The notes beneath the pieces were generated by a model. The model did not search any database. It was not told the origin of the DNA and saw only the letters and a program-made list of their open reading frames with translations. From contig OZ024741.1 of the NCBI GenBank assembly GCA_964016885.1, positions 170,004,001 to 170,068,000 of the forward strand: 64,000 bases of DNA, written 5' to 3'. This document shows positions 1-13,514 of the stretch, in pieces. The stretch comes from Eledone cirrhosa. Its lineage: Eukaryota. Position 1 is the first letter of the stretch. Each line of letters begins with the position of its first letter. A program made the position numbers and the translations under genes.

Positions 1-59
1 ATTTTGGGAGAGGGGAAAGTTCGTTGCTGGTACTTTATATCAGATGTGCCAACCTCAAA

Positions 60-797
<738 letters not shown>

Positions 798-1055
798 GTC
801 AGGTCACCAGTTGGTGCTACTGGTAACATGTATCCCAGTACAACCTGTCTCATGGTCGGGTCATTGGCGACTAAACTGGCAACCCCACCAAGGTTTCTTG
901 GTGAGGAGGGTGACTTTGGACATCCTGCAGGACTGAAAACAAAACCTGTCAAAGGGCAAAGGAGCTCTTAAGAGTCAATGGCCATCCAAAATCACCGGGA
1001 GAGATGACCCCTTAGCCTTTGTCAAGGCAGAATTCTAGGAGAAGGAAAACTCTGA
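798..1055 (+). mobile_element. RTE-type retroelement 5'UTR fragment
   Basis: Contains CTAGGAGAAGGAAAACTCTGA, a motif I recall from RTE 5' regions; homologous to 23687-23860 (gaggagggtga..ttggaca.cctgc..ga..caaagggc..agagtcaa.ggccatccaaa). Confidence 0.55.
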
Positions 1056-1067
1056 TATAGCGCTCAG

Positions 1068-1570
1068 CTCACACTGTAAAGTGGTCGTGGTGGTGACACG
1101 GCAAAAAAAAGCGCCCAGCCCACACTGTAAAGTGGTCGTGATGGTGACACGCAAAAAAAGCACCCAACCCACACTGTAAAGTGGTCGTGATGGTGACACA
1201 GCAAAAAAAAGCGCCCAGCCCACACTGTAAAGTGGTCGTGATGGTGACACGAAAAAAAAAGGCGCCCAGCCCACACTGTAAAGTGGTCGTGATGATGACA
1301 CGGCAAAAAAATCACCCAGCCCACACTGTAAAGTGGTCGTGATGGTGACACGGCAAAAAAATCACCCAGCCCACACTGTAAAGTGGTCGTGATGGTGACC
1401 CGGCAAAAAAGCACCCTGTAAAGTGGTCGTGATGGTGACATCGCAAAAAAAGCACCCAGCCTACACTGTAAAGTGATCGTGTAGGTGTCACAACAAAACG
1501 CATGCAGTCCACACAGTAATGTGATTATGTAGGAGTCACGACAAAAAGCACCAAGCACACTGTAAATCTG
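1068..1570 (+). repeat. ~50-bp minisatellite, about 11 units, derived from a SINE internal segment
   Basis: Unit cacactgtaaagtggtcgtgatggtgacacggcaaaaaaagc(g/a)cccagcc repeated; the last units diverge and run into the SINE core. Confidence 0.92.
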
Positions 1571-1742
1571 GTTGACGTTAGGAAGGGCATCCAGTCGTAG
1601 AAACCAAGCCAAGCCCAACCAAACCAGAAACAGTTCTATGTGAGCAAAACACGGTTATCTGATCCAACTTGCCTCAAACGGGACAACCCGTCTAACTAGT
1701 GCTAGCGTGGGAAAGTGGACGTTAAACGATGATGATGATGAT
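1540..1742 (+). mobile_element. MetaSINE-type SINE 3' half with (GAT)n tail
   Basis: ggttgacgttaggaagggcatccagtcgtagaaac (Meta domain) ... ggacgttaaacgatgatgatgat RTE-like tail. Confidence 0.7.
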
Positions 1743-2061
1743 ATATCTTAAACCATTTCAATTCTGAGTTCAAATTGCAGCAGTGACTTCAAATTTCATT
1801 TTTATCGATAAAGTGCCATCACCTAAGAATCGATATAATCATGTATGAATCTACTCCCTCCCAAAATTATAATATTGTTGCTTATGATAGACATCAATGT
1901 TAAGTTACGTTCATTTGCATTTTGAGCAAAAAACCCAATAGCATTGAATGTTTTCACGATCGATAAAAAATACCAGGGACAAATTCACAACCTCGATCTA
2001 AACTTCCTTTCACAAAATATTTTTATTATCCTTTAATTTATTTCGCTTAATCAATATTATA

Positions 2062-2911
2062 ATCTCCTTCTTCTTCTTCTTCTTCTTCTTCTTCTTCTTC
2101 TTCTTCTTCTTCTTCTTCTTCTTCCAGTAACACTAAGCTTCCCGTTTGTTTCCGCATGAGTTTCTTTCTTTCTTTCTTTCTTTCTTTTCTTTCTTGCTTT
2201 TTTCTTTGAATGTTTGCTTGTTTCTTTCTTTCTTTCTTTGAGTGTGCATGAATGTGTGCATGTGCGTATGTGTATATGTGAGTGCGTGTGTGTGTTTATA
2301 TGTTTGTATGCATACGTAAATATGTATATGTGTGTATGAGTGTGTATAAATGTGTGCATGTTCGTATCTGTATACCTATGTGTGTTTGAATGTGTATGAA
2401 TGTGTGCATCTCCGTATGTGTATATGTTTGTATGCATACGTATATGTATACGTGTGTATGAATGTGTATACATGTTTGCGTGTGTGTATGTGTATATGTT
2501 TGTATGCATTCGTATATATGTATACGTGTGTATGAGTGTGTATATGTGCATATGCGTATATATGTGTATGTGTATATGTTTGTATGCATACGTATATATG
2601 TACATGTGTATATATGCATATGTGTATATATGTATATATGTGTATGTGACTGTATACATATGTGTATGCGTATATACATGTGTGCATAAGTGTATGCATA
2701 CGTATGTTTGTATGTATACGTATATATGTATACGTATACATACAAACATACGTATGCATACACACGCATACACATATGCACACATGTATATACGCATACA
2801 CATATGCACACATGTGTACAGACTCATACACATATATACATATATACACATATGCATACATACACACTCATACACACATGTATGACTCTATACACATGTG
2901 TCCATATATGC

Positions 2912-2990
<79 letters not shown>
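2062..2990. repeat. (CTT)n, (CTTT)n and degenerate TG/CA/TA low-complexity tract
   Basis: Direct reading. Confidence 0.9.
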
Positions 2991-3216
2991 GTATGGTCTC
3001 CACCACATAAACACATCGCACTATTTATACATTCTTTACTTTTATTTTCCAATTGTTTTCTTTGTTCAGGGGTGTAGAATTTCTGCGAGACAAAAGTTAA
3101 AGTTACGATTCCAATTATAATGTTATTATTTTGCCTTCATATCAAATGAATGCCAAGCAACATTAATTGATTACAATTCTAAGAACTTCATAAATGCTCA
3201 TTCGTTATATACACAG

Positions 3217-3282
<66 letters not shown>

Positions 3283-3644
3283 TAGTTTTCTTCTTTTTAG
3301 TTTTTTTCCCCCATTTTTATATTTTATTTTATTTTTGTTTGCTTCTTATTCTTGTTTATTATATATATATATATTTTTAATAGTTTTTTTTTTTGTTGTT
3401 GTTATTTTCTTTCAAATAATAACTGCCTCACCGTTTACAAGTTATTTCCAATTGATTTAAATGTAAGGTTTCGAACAAATTGAAGTCAATTTAATTAATT
3501 AAATATTACACATAATTGGTTTTATTTGTTTGTGCCAAAACTATATTAATTGTTTAAATACATTCTCTCACGTTGCTGCTGTTGTTGTTGTTGTCATCTC
3601 AGTTGTCGTTATTATTATTGTTATTATTATTGTTATTATTCATT

Positions 3645-3775
3645 GTTCTATTATTACATCCCCTGTTTCTTGTTTTTTTACACGCAGAAATGCCCATTTG
3701 TACCGCCCTGTATCGTCCTGTACTGTCCTTAATGTCTACTTTATGTAGACGCTTGTGGTTAATAAAGAAAGCATT
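3645..3775 (+). mobile_element. 3' end only (5'-truncated) of Tx1 family A LINE, in (ATT)n
   Basis: Near-identical to the reverse complement of 36198-36320 (tttacacgcagaaatgcccatttgtaccg...gtggttaataaagaaa), followed by (TTA)n. Confidence 0.88.
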
Positions 3776-3779
3776 ATTA

Positions 3780-3829
<50 letters not shown>

Positions 3830-4649
3830 GTTGTTGTTGCTCTTTTTCTTCTTCTTCTTGTTCTTGCTGCTATTGTTGTTATTGTTTCCCCATATGTTTC
3901 TTTTTCCCTGCTTTTCTTCAGTCAAAAACATGAAATGTTTTAATGTAGTTCATCAGCCACCCACACAATCATTCATCCACCCACCTACACATCCACCCAG
4001 TCGTCAGCAACCCATCCATTCATCTACCTATCTCGACAGGCCAGTCATTAACCACCCTTTCATTTAAATACACAGAAATGAAGGATTGTTTTTATTCTCT
4101 TTGTTCAAGATTGAGGTTTATAGAAAATATTATTTAACAGTTCAATTCAAATCAATTTCAATTATATTTACTGCCATAATTTTGCCATAATTTTGCGACT
4201 ATATTCATTGTTCTTTTTATTAAATTTCAGTCATAGACTATCTAGGATTACAGTCTTCAATAGGTCGTCCTTTAAAAAAGTGGGAGCAGTTGGTTTGAAG
4301 CAGATTTTACTGCTCTTTCCAACGAATCGAGAGAGCTTGGAGAGATTGTTACCTCTGATAGAGAGAGACCTATGATGAAAGGCTTTCCATATGTGACTAA
4401 TCCATGTACAGGAGTGACTATATTATTAAGTAGTTTGATTCACAGCTACTTGGTTTTAGATTCAATCACACAGAGCTTGCACAAATGCCTTCTACTATAG
4501 TCACGGCTTGATCAATGCCTCGTAAATGATAACCAGAAACTGCAAAAACCTGTTTTAAACACCTCTCTTTCACTCACTCTCTCTCTCTCTCTCTCTCTCC
4601 CTCTCTCTATATATATACACACACACACACGCGCACGCACGCACCCACA

Positions 4650-4708
<59 letters not shown>

Positions 4709-5103
4709 ATGGAAAAAATGAAACGAAATTTCATTTCTCACTCTAAGTACGGCTGTTACTTAAATATAAGTATGTATACGTACATACATATATGTATATA
4801 GACGTACAGTAGTATGTATATATATATATATACATACATGAACACATATATATATGTACGTATGGGTTTACCAAACATTTATTATAATGCTCGGTTTGTT
4901 TGTAAACAAACATCCCGAATTAAGCCGTACAGTGTTTAGCAACCATCGTTGCTCGTTTGTTCAACACTGACAAAGGAACGATGTAGTAGTTTCAAGCTTA
5001 TTAGCTATCGTCAGCACCGTATACCTTCCTGCCAGATGATTGAACGTCTGAAAATATATACTTTCCTTATGCATATTAACGGCCGAGCAGCCTAATTTGC
5101 ACG

Positions 5104-5178
<75 letters not shown>

Positions 5179-5440
5179 GTGTGTGTGTGTATGTGTGCGG
5201 GTGTGTGTATGTGTCTGTGTGAGTGTATGTGTGTGAGAAAGTGTGTGTGTTGTGTGGATGTGGATGTGAAAGTAAACGGTTACACAGTACAGGAAACGTT
5301 ACAGTACAATGAAGATATATATTAGTTTAAACGATTGATATAGTAGGAGAAGAAACGTAATGTTTTGGAAGTTAGTCCTTCATCAGATAGAGATTGAGAA
5401 GAGGAAGGGAAAATAATTTACGGGGATAGAAAGCACCCTC

Positions 5441-5518
<78 letters not shown>

Positions 5519-5641
5519 GGATACTATTTATGGTTATGCATATACGAAAACTTTTTATAGTTATATATATTCTAAACCCTAAACAATGAAGGTCAGCTTG
5601 CGTTGGAAAGGAGGTCAATCACGTGTACACACATTGAAAAA

Positions 5642-5688
5642 TGCTCCGAAGACGCCAAGCCTAGGTTTGGATGAAACAATTGTAAGTG
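5642..5688 (+). ncRNA. Minimal hammerhead ribozyme motif (Penelope pLTR type), U4C variant
   Basis: tgct-CCGAAGA-cg ccaagcc ta ggtttgg at-GAAA-caattg(palindrome)-TA-agtg, then AATAAA. Confidence 0.6.
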
Positions 5689-5751
5689 AATAAATGCTTT
5701 GAACATAGCTTTGATTTTTGTGAATTCTATATATATATATATATATATATT

Positions 5752-6528
5752 AAAAAGTGACAAAGGTGCTGTGTGGTTACTGATAAATATCATTTAGAAA
5801 ACGTAAGAGAAACACAAACATGAACACAAGGACAATTCCCTCTCATCGGCTGTCTTCTGTGGATCTCTAATGTTCCAAACACATTAAAGACAGTACATCT
5901 TACCAGTACATCTCACCAGTACATCGTTGATAACTAGAAGGGATAGCTACCCGGGGAAAAACAACATAAAAACGCAGACGCTAACTAAGAGTACGACAAA
6001 AAAGAAAACACAAAGAAAGACATATCGATAGAGAAAGGGAAAACACGAGACAGCAGTACATGTATGTTGCAGTAACCGGGGGGGGGGGGAGAGGGAGAAG
6101 TTAATACAGATACCGAACATAAGTCCTGAACCCGTACAAACAGCACGAGGGAGATGGAGAAAAAAATGTCTGATCATAGCGAGAACAGGCGTAAAGAGGA
6201 AGAGACGAGGAAAACAGAAGTGAGTAGGGGGCAAAGTGGTAAGGGAGCAGAGAGAGGGGTGGGGAGAAAGGAGAGATAGTAAGAAAGAAAGAGAATAAGT
6301 GAGTGGGAGAGAGAAAAAGAGAAAAGAGTTAATACAAATGGCTGAAATTAAGTCCCAAAGCCGTATTAACAACAACAAGCGAGGATAGAGAGGAGAGGAC
6401 GGGTGTCACAGCAATAAATTAATATGAGCCGATGAGAGAGAATTGTCCTTGTATTTATGTATGCGTTTCTCTTACGTTTTCTAATTAATATTTATCAGTA
6501 ACCACACAGCGCCTTTGTCAGTTTTTAA
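5752..6528. repeat. ~100-bp imperfect inverted repeats flanking a ~570-bp purine-rich spacer
   Basis: 5752-5851 (aaaaagtgacaaaggtgctgtgtggttactgataaata...tctcatcggct) is the reverse complement of 6427-6528. Confidence 0.8.
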
Positions 6529-6979
6529 TTCAGATTAATTTATTGCTGTGTGTGTGTGTGCGTTGTCGTGTCTGTGTTTACTATTATTGTTTGTATTTCT
6601 GGAATTAGAGGTTGCCCAATAATGAGATCAATAAAATAAATACTAGACTTGGAAAAACAAGTACTGAAGTCAATAGGGTCGACAAAATCCTAACGGGCTA
6701 TGCCACAGCATGGTCACAGTTAAACTATTAAAACCAGTAAAAGAATTAATCCATCTTTTTTTCAGACAAGTTTCTCAATGTTTTAGCTAATTAAGGATTT
6801 CTAATACAGAAACATGCCGATGAATTAAATCGATCCTGATGTACCACTATTTACTTATTTTATCGACTGCGGAACGATGCAGATCGATATAAAAATTGGC
6901 GGGATTTAAAACATAAGACATCTTTACATGATGCTCAACCAAACAGCCGCAGCACAGCTTTTCACCTCTGATTAATTAA

Positions 6980-7165
6980 TTGTTTCTACTTTAGGCACAA
7001 GGACAGCAAGTACCCAGTTCATTACTGGTACTTTATTTTATCGACCCCGTAAGGATGAAAGGCAAAGTCAACCTCGGCGGGATTTGAACTCAGATCGTAA
7101 AGGGACGTAACTATGCTGGAAAGCATGGCGTCCGACCCTCTACCGATACTGCCAATCCACCGCTC
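6980..7165 (-). mobile_element. tRNA-derived Nin/Deu-domain SINE, full length
   Basis: Minus strand has A box TGGCAGTATCGG, B box GAGTTCAAATCC and Nin core gcctttcatccttacggggtcgataaaataaagtacc. Confidence 0.88.
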
Positions 7166-7305
7166 TTTGATTAATTAATAATCCACCTCTGATTAATTAA
7201 TAATTACTAACATAGGCACGAAAAATTCAGTGAAGGAGTAAAACACTTATACCGACTCCAGTAATTGACTGGTGCATTATTTTATCAACCAGTAAAAGAA
7301 CGGAA

Positions 7306-7625
7306 TAGGCGGCGAATTGGCAGAGTCGTTAGAACGTAGGATAATAATTGCTTTGCGGTATTCCTTCCAGATCTCTGCTGCAACGAATACTGCAAAGGTC
7401 GATAAAAAAAAGTACCAGTCTAGTACTGGCGTCGATTCTTCCTCTATATCTCTTTCTCATTTCCTCTCTCTCGCTTTCTACCTTTCTCTGGAAGAAATCT
7501 GCTGTACTCAGGTCTGGAGAGGGATGGGCTTCGCCAGGCTTAAAATGCCCAAGAAATGCCGTATGTCAATACGGCGCCCCTATGACTCCATCAGGAGTTA
7601 CGGGACCAAACATACATACATACAA
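7306..7625 (+). mobile_element. SINE variant with long 3' extension ending in (CATA)n
   Basis: ggcggcgaattggcagagtcgttag head and gtcgataaaa..gtacc core; 3' part homologous to 28070-28262. Confidence 0.6.
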
Positions 7626-8441
7626 AAGAATGAAAGGCGAAGTTGACCTCAGAACATAAATAATTGGAACCAATATTATATGGTATTTTGTTCGCCGCCC
7701 GCAATAATCATTGTATCAATCCATCACACTCCTCTGACTAATTAAGGGTTATAATCTCTGGGTCGTGAGCATAAAATATGCACACGCACGCAAATACGTT
7801 CTTCTTACATGTCGAGATGGAGAAAATATGCGAGTGAGAGTTGTAATAACTCAAACCCAACCAACCAGCCAGTCAATCAACCAGCAAACTGGTCATATAT
7901 TGATTTATTCAATTTAAAGTTTCATTTTATATCAAACATCGGTGGAGTGGTAGACAAGATAGAGTGTTGGATAGAATGGGTTTGCAAAATATATTGTTTA
8001 GGTAGAATAAAAATGAAGCGTACATGAACCTTTTCGGAGTCTCCAAAAGTGATGGGAGGAAGAGAGTAAGACTTGGCGTCCATACTTGCAACAGAGTACA
8101 TCCCACTGAAAGGTGTCCAATGATCAGATAGTTATGTTTCTTTACAATCAGGAATCTAATGCTTATACTCTGGCAACTACTTCACCTGTTGGAGGTGTCG
8201 ATAAAATATGAAGTACTGGGGTGGATTCATAAAATCATAATGTAATAATTAAAATATAATTATAATACATGAGATGGATCCTTCGTTGGTTTCGAGGAAG
8301 ATAATTTAGATCTTCGAAAATAGCACTTGAATGAATATTCCCAAGACACGTGTAGCATTAACGTAATTCTCAGGCTGAATCAGTATCCCACAATATGTTG
8401 TAATGCTGGCCCTTTGAAGTACAGTTACAATTCATCTGACG

Positions 8442-8636
8442 CAGACCTGTCAACACTTCCCGTCAGACGGGGAGATCTCCTACCCACTTTGGTGTGGGTG
8501 GGACATGTTTTCTCTTGCGAAAATGGGTATAGTTTTCATTATGTAAAATCTTCCCATTTAGTCACATTTCTCCCCGCTTTGGGCCCCTTTTCTTCATGGT
8601 ACTCCCCGTTTGGGCTTTTAGAGGCTGGCAGGTCTG
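8442..8636. mobile_element. MITE with CAGACCTG(T/C)CAAC TIRs (hAT-like), copy 1
   Basis: cagacctgtcaac ... gctggcaggtctg; second copy at 35367-35555; flanks ctgacg/ttgacg. Confidence 0.8.
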
Positions 8637-9149
8637 TTGACGGGTTTTCACCCAATTTCCATTTACCTAATTTAATTAGATCGACCTAGTAAAATATGCT
8701 TGCCAAAGATATCAGACAGTGGGATCAAATCCGAAACCTCATAATTGCGAAACAAACTTCTTAACCACTTAGTCAATTGTACTTCCACTATGTATTACAT
8801 ACCAGATATTATTGCGATGGCCAATAATGTATCATAGTTTAAGCTCGTAGGGATGTGTTCAATTATTTATTTATTTATTTTATATAACAAATTCTGAAAA
8901 ATAACATCAAGTTTAACAGGATTTCAACAAAACAATAACGTTTTCGCAGCGTTCATGATAGTGAGATTAACAATGGAGTGTCATATCTCGGTAAACTTTA
9001 AATATCACAAGCGACTTCATAGAGCACCGGTGTTTTATTGCCCCGCAGTTGTTTATATCGTATACCGATATACAATATATATTTCAAAAATAGAAAAAAC
9101 TTCGCTTACCTACGAAAAACTACAGGACAACGCTTATCACACATACAAA

Positions 9150-10675
9150 ACAAAGAATTACACTTCCCACCAAAAAGGAGTGAAAAATAAATAAGATAGA
9201 AATAATGTTTGGTGACAGTATAAACATAACTCTTCAATACACGCTGTTCATCTTCAAACAAGAATCAAGAGCTATCAACGAGAAATTCTGCTATTAAAAG
9301 AGAATGGCTGAAAGGAAAATGATTAATAAAGAAATTCAGCCGAAACGAAACTACAGAGATATGACATAGTTTCCTTCTGGAGAAAAATATGGGGTGGGGA
9401 AAAGACATTTAGCCAAGATGCAGCATGGTTGAAAGAAATATGAAGGAATTATTGCACCTGCATTACACCTAAAATATACAGTATCTATGAAGATACCCTT
9501 GGGACTGAGATAGGAAAACACCAGAATCAGAAAACATGTGGAAGAGATTTGATTGTCGGCTACTGGTACAAAAAACTTTCTATCGGATGTATCGTATCAA
9601 ACTCTACCAGTACGATCTTATAGGGGATACGTTGGCATTAGCAGAGACAAGATTGGTCCCCCAGAACAAAGAAACCTACTTGGCAATCCTTACCGACCTA
9701 TTACATGTCAAAACCTAATGCATAAAATGTATACAGCCTGCTAGAACCTATTCCTCCATGATAACTGTGACAATAACGTTATAATCACAGATGATCAAAC
9801 AGCTGGGAAGAAAGGAGTTTGAGGTGTGCTGAGTTACTCATACTTAACAAAACTGCCAGAAAGTATTCGAGTTTGTTACCTACACTTGGATGCTAGATGG
9901 CTTACGACTAGATACCATTATCAGAGCCATAGAGATTCCATCTTCTTCATGGGTCACGATTCTGAAGTTAAATATAGAGAAGGGGACTATATTGTCACTG
10001 ATAAAATACAGTATTGCAGACAGCCACTCTGCGATGCTATTTATACTGTCAGTAAACCCCTTGTCCTTTGTCTCGAGGAAATATGAAGGATACGTAATTA
10101 GTCCACAGGCGACAAGAAACAATAACCTAACACTTACCTTCTTTGCAGATGTACTGAAAGTTTATTCCAAGAATATAAATGACATGAAGTAAAACCTTGA
10201 CCTGGTTACGACATTCTTAAAATATATAAGGATGGAATTTGACCAGGAGAATTATTCCTATATGATGATTGCGGGTAAAAACTACAAGCCCATCTAGTAA
10301 TATCTCTATCAGTCAAAACTCCAATAGTATGCAAACATAACAGACCAGATATAGTGATACGAGACAGAGAAAAGAAGGCATGCACACTAGTGGAAATTAG
10401 CTGCCATACATATGTTAATATAATGTTAAATAGCGAAAAGGAGAACATTTATTCACAACTAATTAAAAATTGGCAGATACTTCACACTGACTATACTTTT
10501 TGATTTGTATCTGTGATCATTGGGTGCACTTAAATCTGTTACTAACTACCATGGCACATATCTAACGAACCTGGGCTTCACAGAACTAGAGAGAACGCGG
10601 CTAATTAGGAAGTTGCAACTACAGACCAATAATAGAACTGTAAAAATATGCAAAACATTTAAGACATTTAACATA
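9150..10675 (+). pseudogene. Degenerate R4/Dong-like non-LTR retrotransposon (RT + RLE remnants)
   Basis: Frame-broken motifs YRPITCQNLMHKMYT, DSHSAMLFILSVNPL, FFADVLKVY, KHNRPDIVIRD...LVEISC, IIGAL. Confidence 0.75.
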
Positions 10676-10854
10676 TACATAAGTATAGATATAGAAACGT
10701 GCACGTGTAATCATATAACTCAAAATATACAGCTCTATACATGCAATAGTATCCATACTTGAACAAACACATATAGACATACATATATATTTACCTAGTT
10801 GATGATTAAATTCCAATGAAAGAATCTTCTTTCTATGTTAGAACATTTATGAAA

Positions 10855-10950
10855 TAATTGTTTCTACTTTTGGCACAAGGCCAGCAATTATCCCAGTGAA
10901 TTTCTGGTACTTTATTTTATCGACCCCGTAAGGATGAAAGGCAAAGTTAT
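10855..10950 (-). mobile_element. Nin-SINE 3' fragment
   Basis: tggtactttattttatcgaccccgtaaggatgaaaggcaaagtt. Confidence 0.8.
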
Positions 10951-12886
10951 GAAATAATAAAACCAGAACATACATACATTCGACGTACATCTGTACAGTT
11001 TTATTGTACAAAATTTCACTCACTAAGTGAGGTACACTTGCTGAAAGTGGAATACAGTGCGATCATAGACGGAACCCCACCACTTCAAAGCGAAATATTA
11101 ATCACAGAGTCACTTTCGTGCCCATTTGTTCACTAAGTGGAAGCAAATATAAACTGAATACCGTAAATCATTTATGTTTAGAGATGTACTTTATCTGATG
11201 CCCCACGCGATTCCACTTCAAGACTGTTTTTATTGACACAAATTTGTATCAATAAACAAATAAATAGAAAAAAAAACAAAGTATTTGGCAGTACACATAA
11301 TTCCAGTTCCATAGAAAAATTATAAAAGTGATGCCATAATAACAATTAATAGATATCGAATGACAATAATAGTGTAAAAAATATAATAAAACAATTATAT
11401 TTTCGTTTATTGGAAACAAGTACCCTAGACGTTGAGGACAATACGGGGACATAATAGGAAATAAAATAAGATACAAAAGAAAAAAAAAAATCATTGGAGA
11501 ATTTAACATCAAGTAAATGTGTTTAGATGAGTTATAACAATAAAGAAATAATAAATAATAAAAAGCAATAACCATGTAGAAAAATAGTAACAATGATACA
11601 CATAAAGTATAATAATAATTCAATAATCAATACAATGCTGATAACAATGACATGATTATATAAACAACTAGACACATATATGCGTGTAGAGATAGTTGAG
11701 ATAGTTCCATCAACGGCGTGTAATTAGCAAAATGGTGTGAGGACGTATTTATTATCAAGAACTTTAAGAAAAGTGTATTAATTTGTTCCGTGTATTTCTT
11801 GAAATTCTTGTTTTTTTTGTGTGTGTCCGTTTAATTAAAATTTATTTATTTACAGATATTCGTTTTGTTGCTTGGATTGTTTTATTTCTTTACTCATTTA
11901 TTTATTTAAAAAAGGCATTTTGAAGCAAACTAATTAATTAATTTTACTTTATTTTATTTTTGAATTTTTATTTTATCTGATCATATTTCCAATTTATTGG
12001 AGCAAATAACATCGAACATGAGATAGGCTTACGGTCAATAATAATTCTTGTCACGGGTTCGATTATATTCTCCGTAAAAGGTAAATTTACTTTACGCATA
12101 AGACTAATATCCTTCTTGGTGGGCAAACGATTAATGACATGGTTTCGATGTTCAGTGAAAGGTGGAAACAATTTTCTCTTTAGGTATACCATTAATATTC
12201 TTTGAAGATGCCGAAGGATTGCTGGTCTGGTTTAGATTTTCAGTTGAAAGTAATTTACATTTTACGTGGCGAATTGGCAGAGCGTTTCAGTATTGGATAC
12301 AATGTTTTGCGGTATTTATTCCAGATCTCTTTCATATCACAATCTCTCTTTCTAACTGGAGGCGGAATTTGAGCACGGAACGCACAGAGTCAGAATAAAT
12401 ACCACGAAGCATCCGATCCGATACTCTAACAATTCTGCCTTTCACTGCTATAGATTAATAGTTTATGTATTGACCCGAAAGGATGAAAGGCAAAGTTGAA
12501 GACAGAGTGCAAAAAGCTGGAATAAATATTGCAAGCCATTTTATCCAGTGATTCTTCATGATAAAAATTTAAACTGGCCAGAAATTGGATTTATTATTAT
12601 TATTTATTAATATTTCTGATTTAGGTAGAACGCCACAACATTTATGGGCGGGTGACTGACTGGAAAGTATTATATTTATTTAGCTATCTATAAAAAAATT
12701 CAACAAGGGAAGGGCAGCACTCATGAGTCTTTATTTTTTAGGGCCTTCGTTTCTACCTCCTTCGGCCATTATCTATAAACTGAAGATTTGTCTTGAAGGC
12801 TTGCACAGATTGAACTCCAGTAAATTCCCTCAAAGACCGGGTACGGATTAACGGATTAGAGCTATCACACAAAAACTCAGTAACTT

Positions 12887-12920
<34 letters not shown>

Positions 12921-13514
12921 GAGAGAGACGAAACTAATGCCATAAGGCATCAGGTATCGCCCAACAATTCTGTGCCAACCCATTGCCATTGGCAAGTACT
13001 TTATTTTGTCGACCCCAAGGTATAAAATTCAAAGTTCACTTCAGTGTGATTTGAATTCTGAACGCTGAGAACCAGAAAGATACCGCAATATATTTTCTAT
13101 GTCAACTTTTTCTGTCTTTCGAATTCCACCCATGAGATAATTTTTAATCGGAGGTCAACGTAAAAGACTCTTCATCAACGTCCTTCGTAGTTGAAACGAA
13201 CGAGAAACGAACAGCTTCAGGAAACAAATTTATTTACAACACTGCTACATATTTTGTACCCGATCTCTATATTGTTTATCGACACCAAGAGGATTTGCAA
13301 TGTAATATCGATATCGGGGGGGGGGGGGGGGGGGGGATTTGAATACAGAAGATAAATGCCCGTAACTGGGTACCCTACAGTATCACAAGGTTATATGCAC
13401 TAACGTTTCTGCTAACCCAACACTGCCATTTGAATTTAATATCGATTTCTAATTCATACACAAAACTATCAGAGTTTCGAGGAAGGGTGAAGATGATTGA
13501 ATCAATCCTATTAC

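Noticed and set aside
1068-1570. CRISPR-like appearance of the regular repeat
   Set aside because: No unique spacers, no cas genes, eukaryotic context; the unit derives from a SINE
5350-5395. Minus-strand CTGATGA-agga ctaact tcc-AAAA motif
   Set aside because: GAAA is mutated and stem I does not pair; at most a dead hammerhead remnant
6980-7165. tRNA gene (A and B boxes)
   Set aside because: No cloverleaf or acceptor stem; it is a multi-copy SINE head
11968-12250. Unique-looking sequence with a possible AG|GTAAAT donor
   Set aside because: No recognisable protein and no convincing acceptor; cannot support an exon
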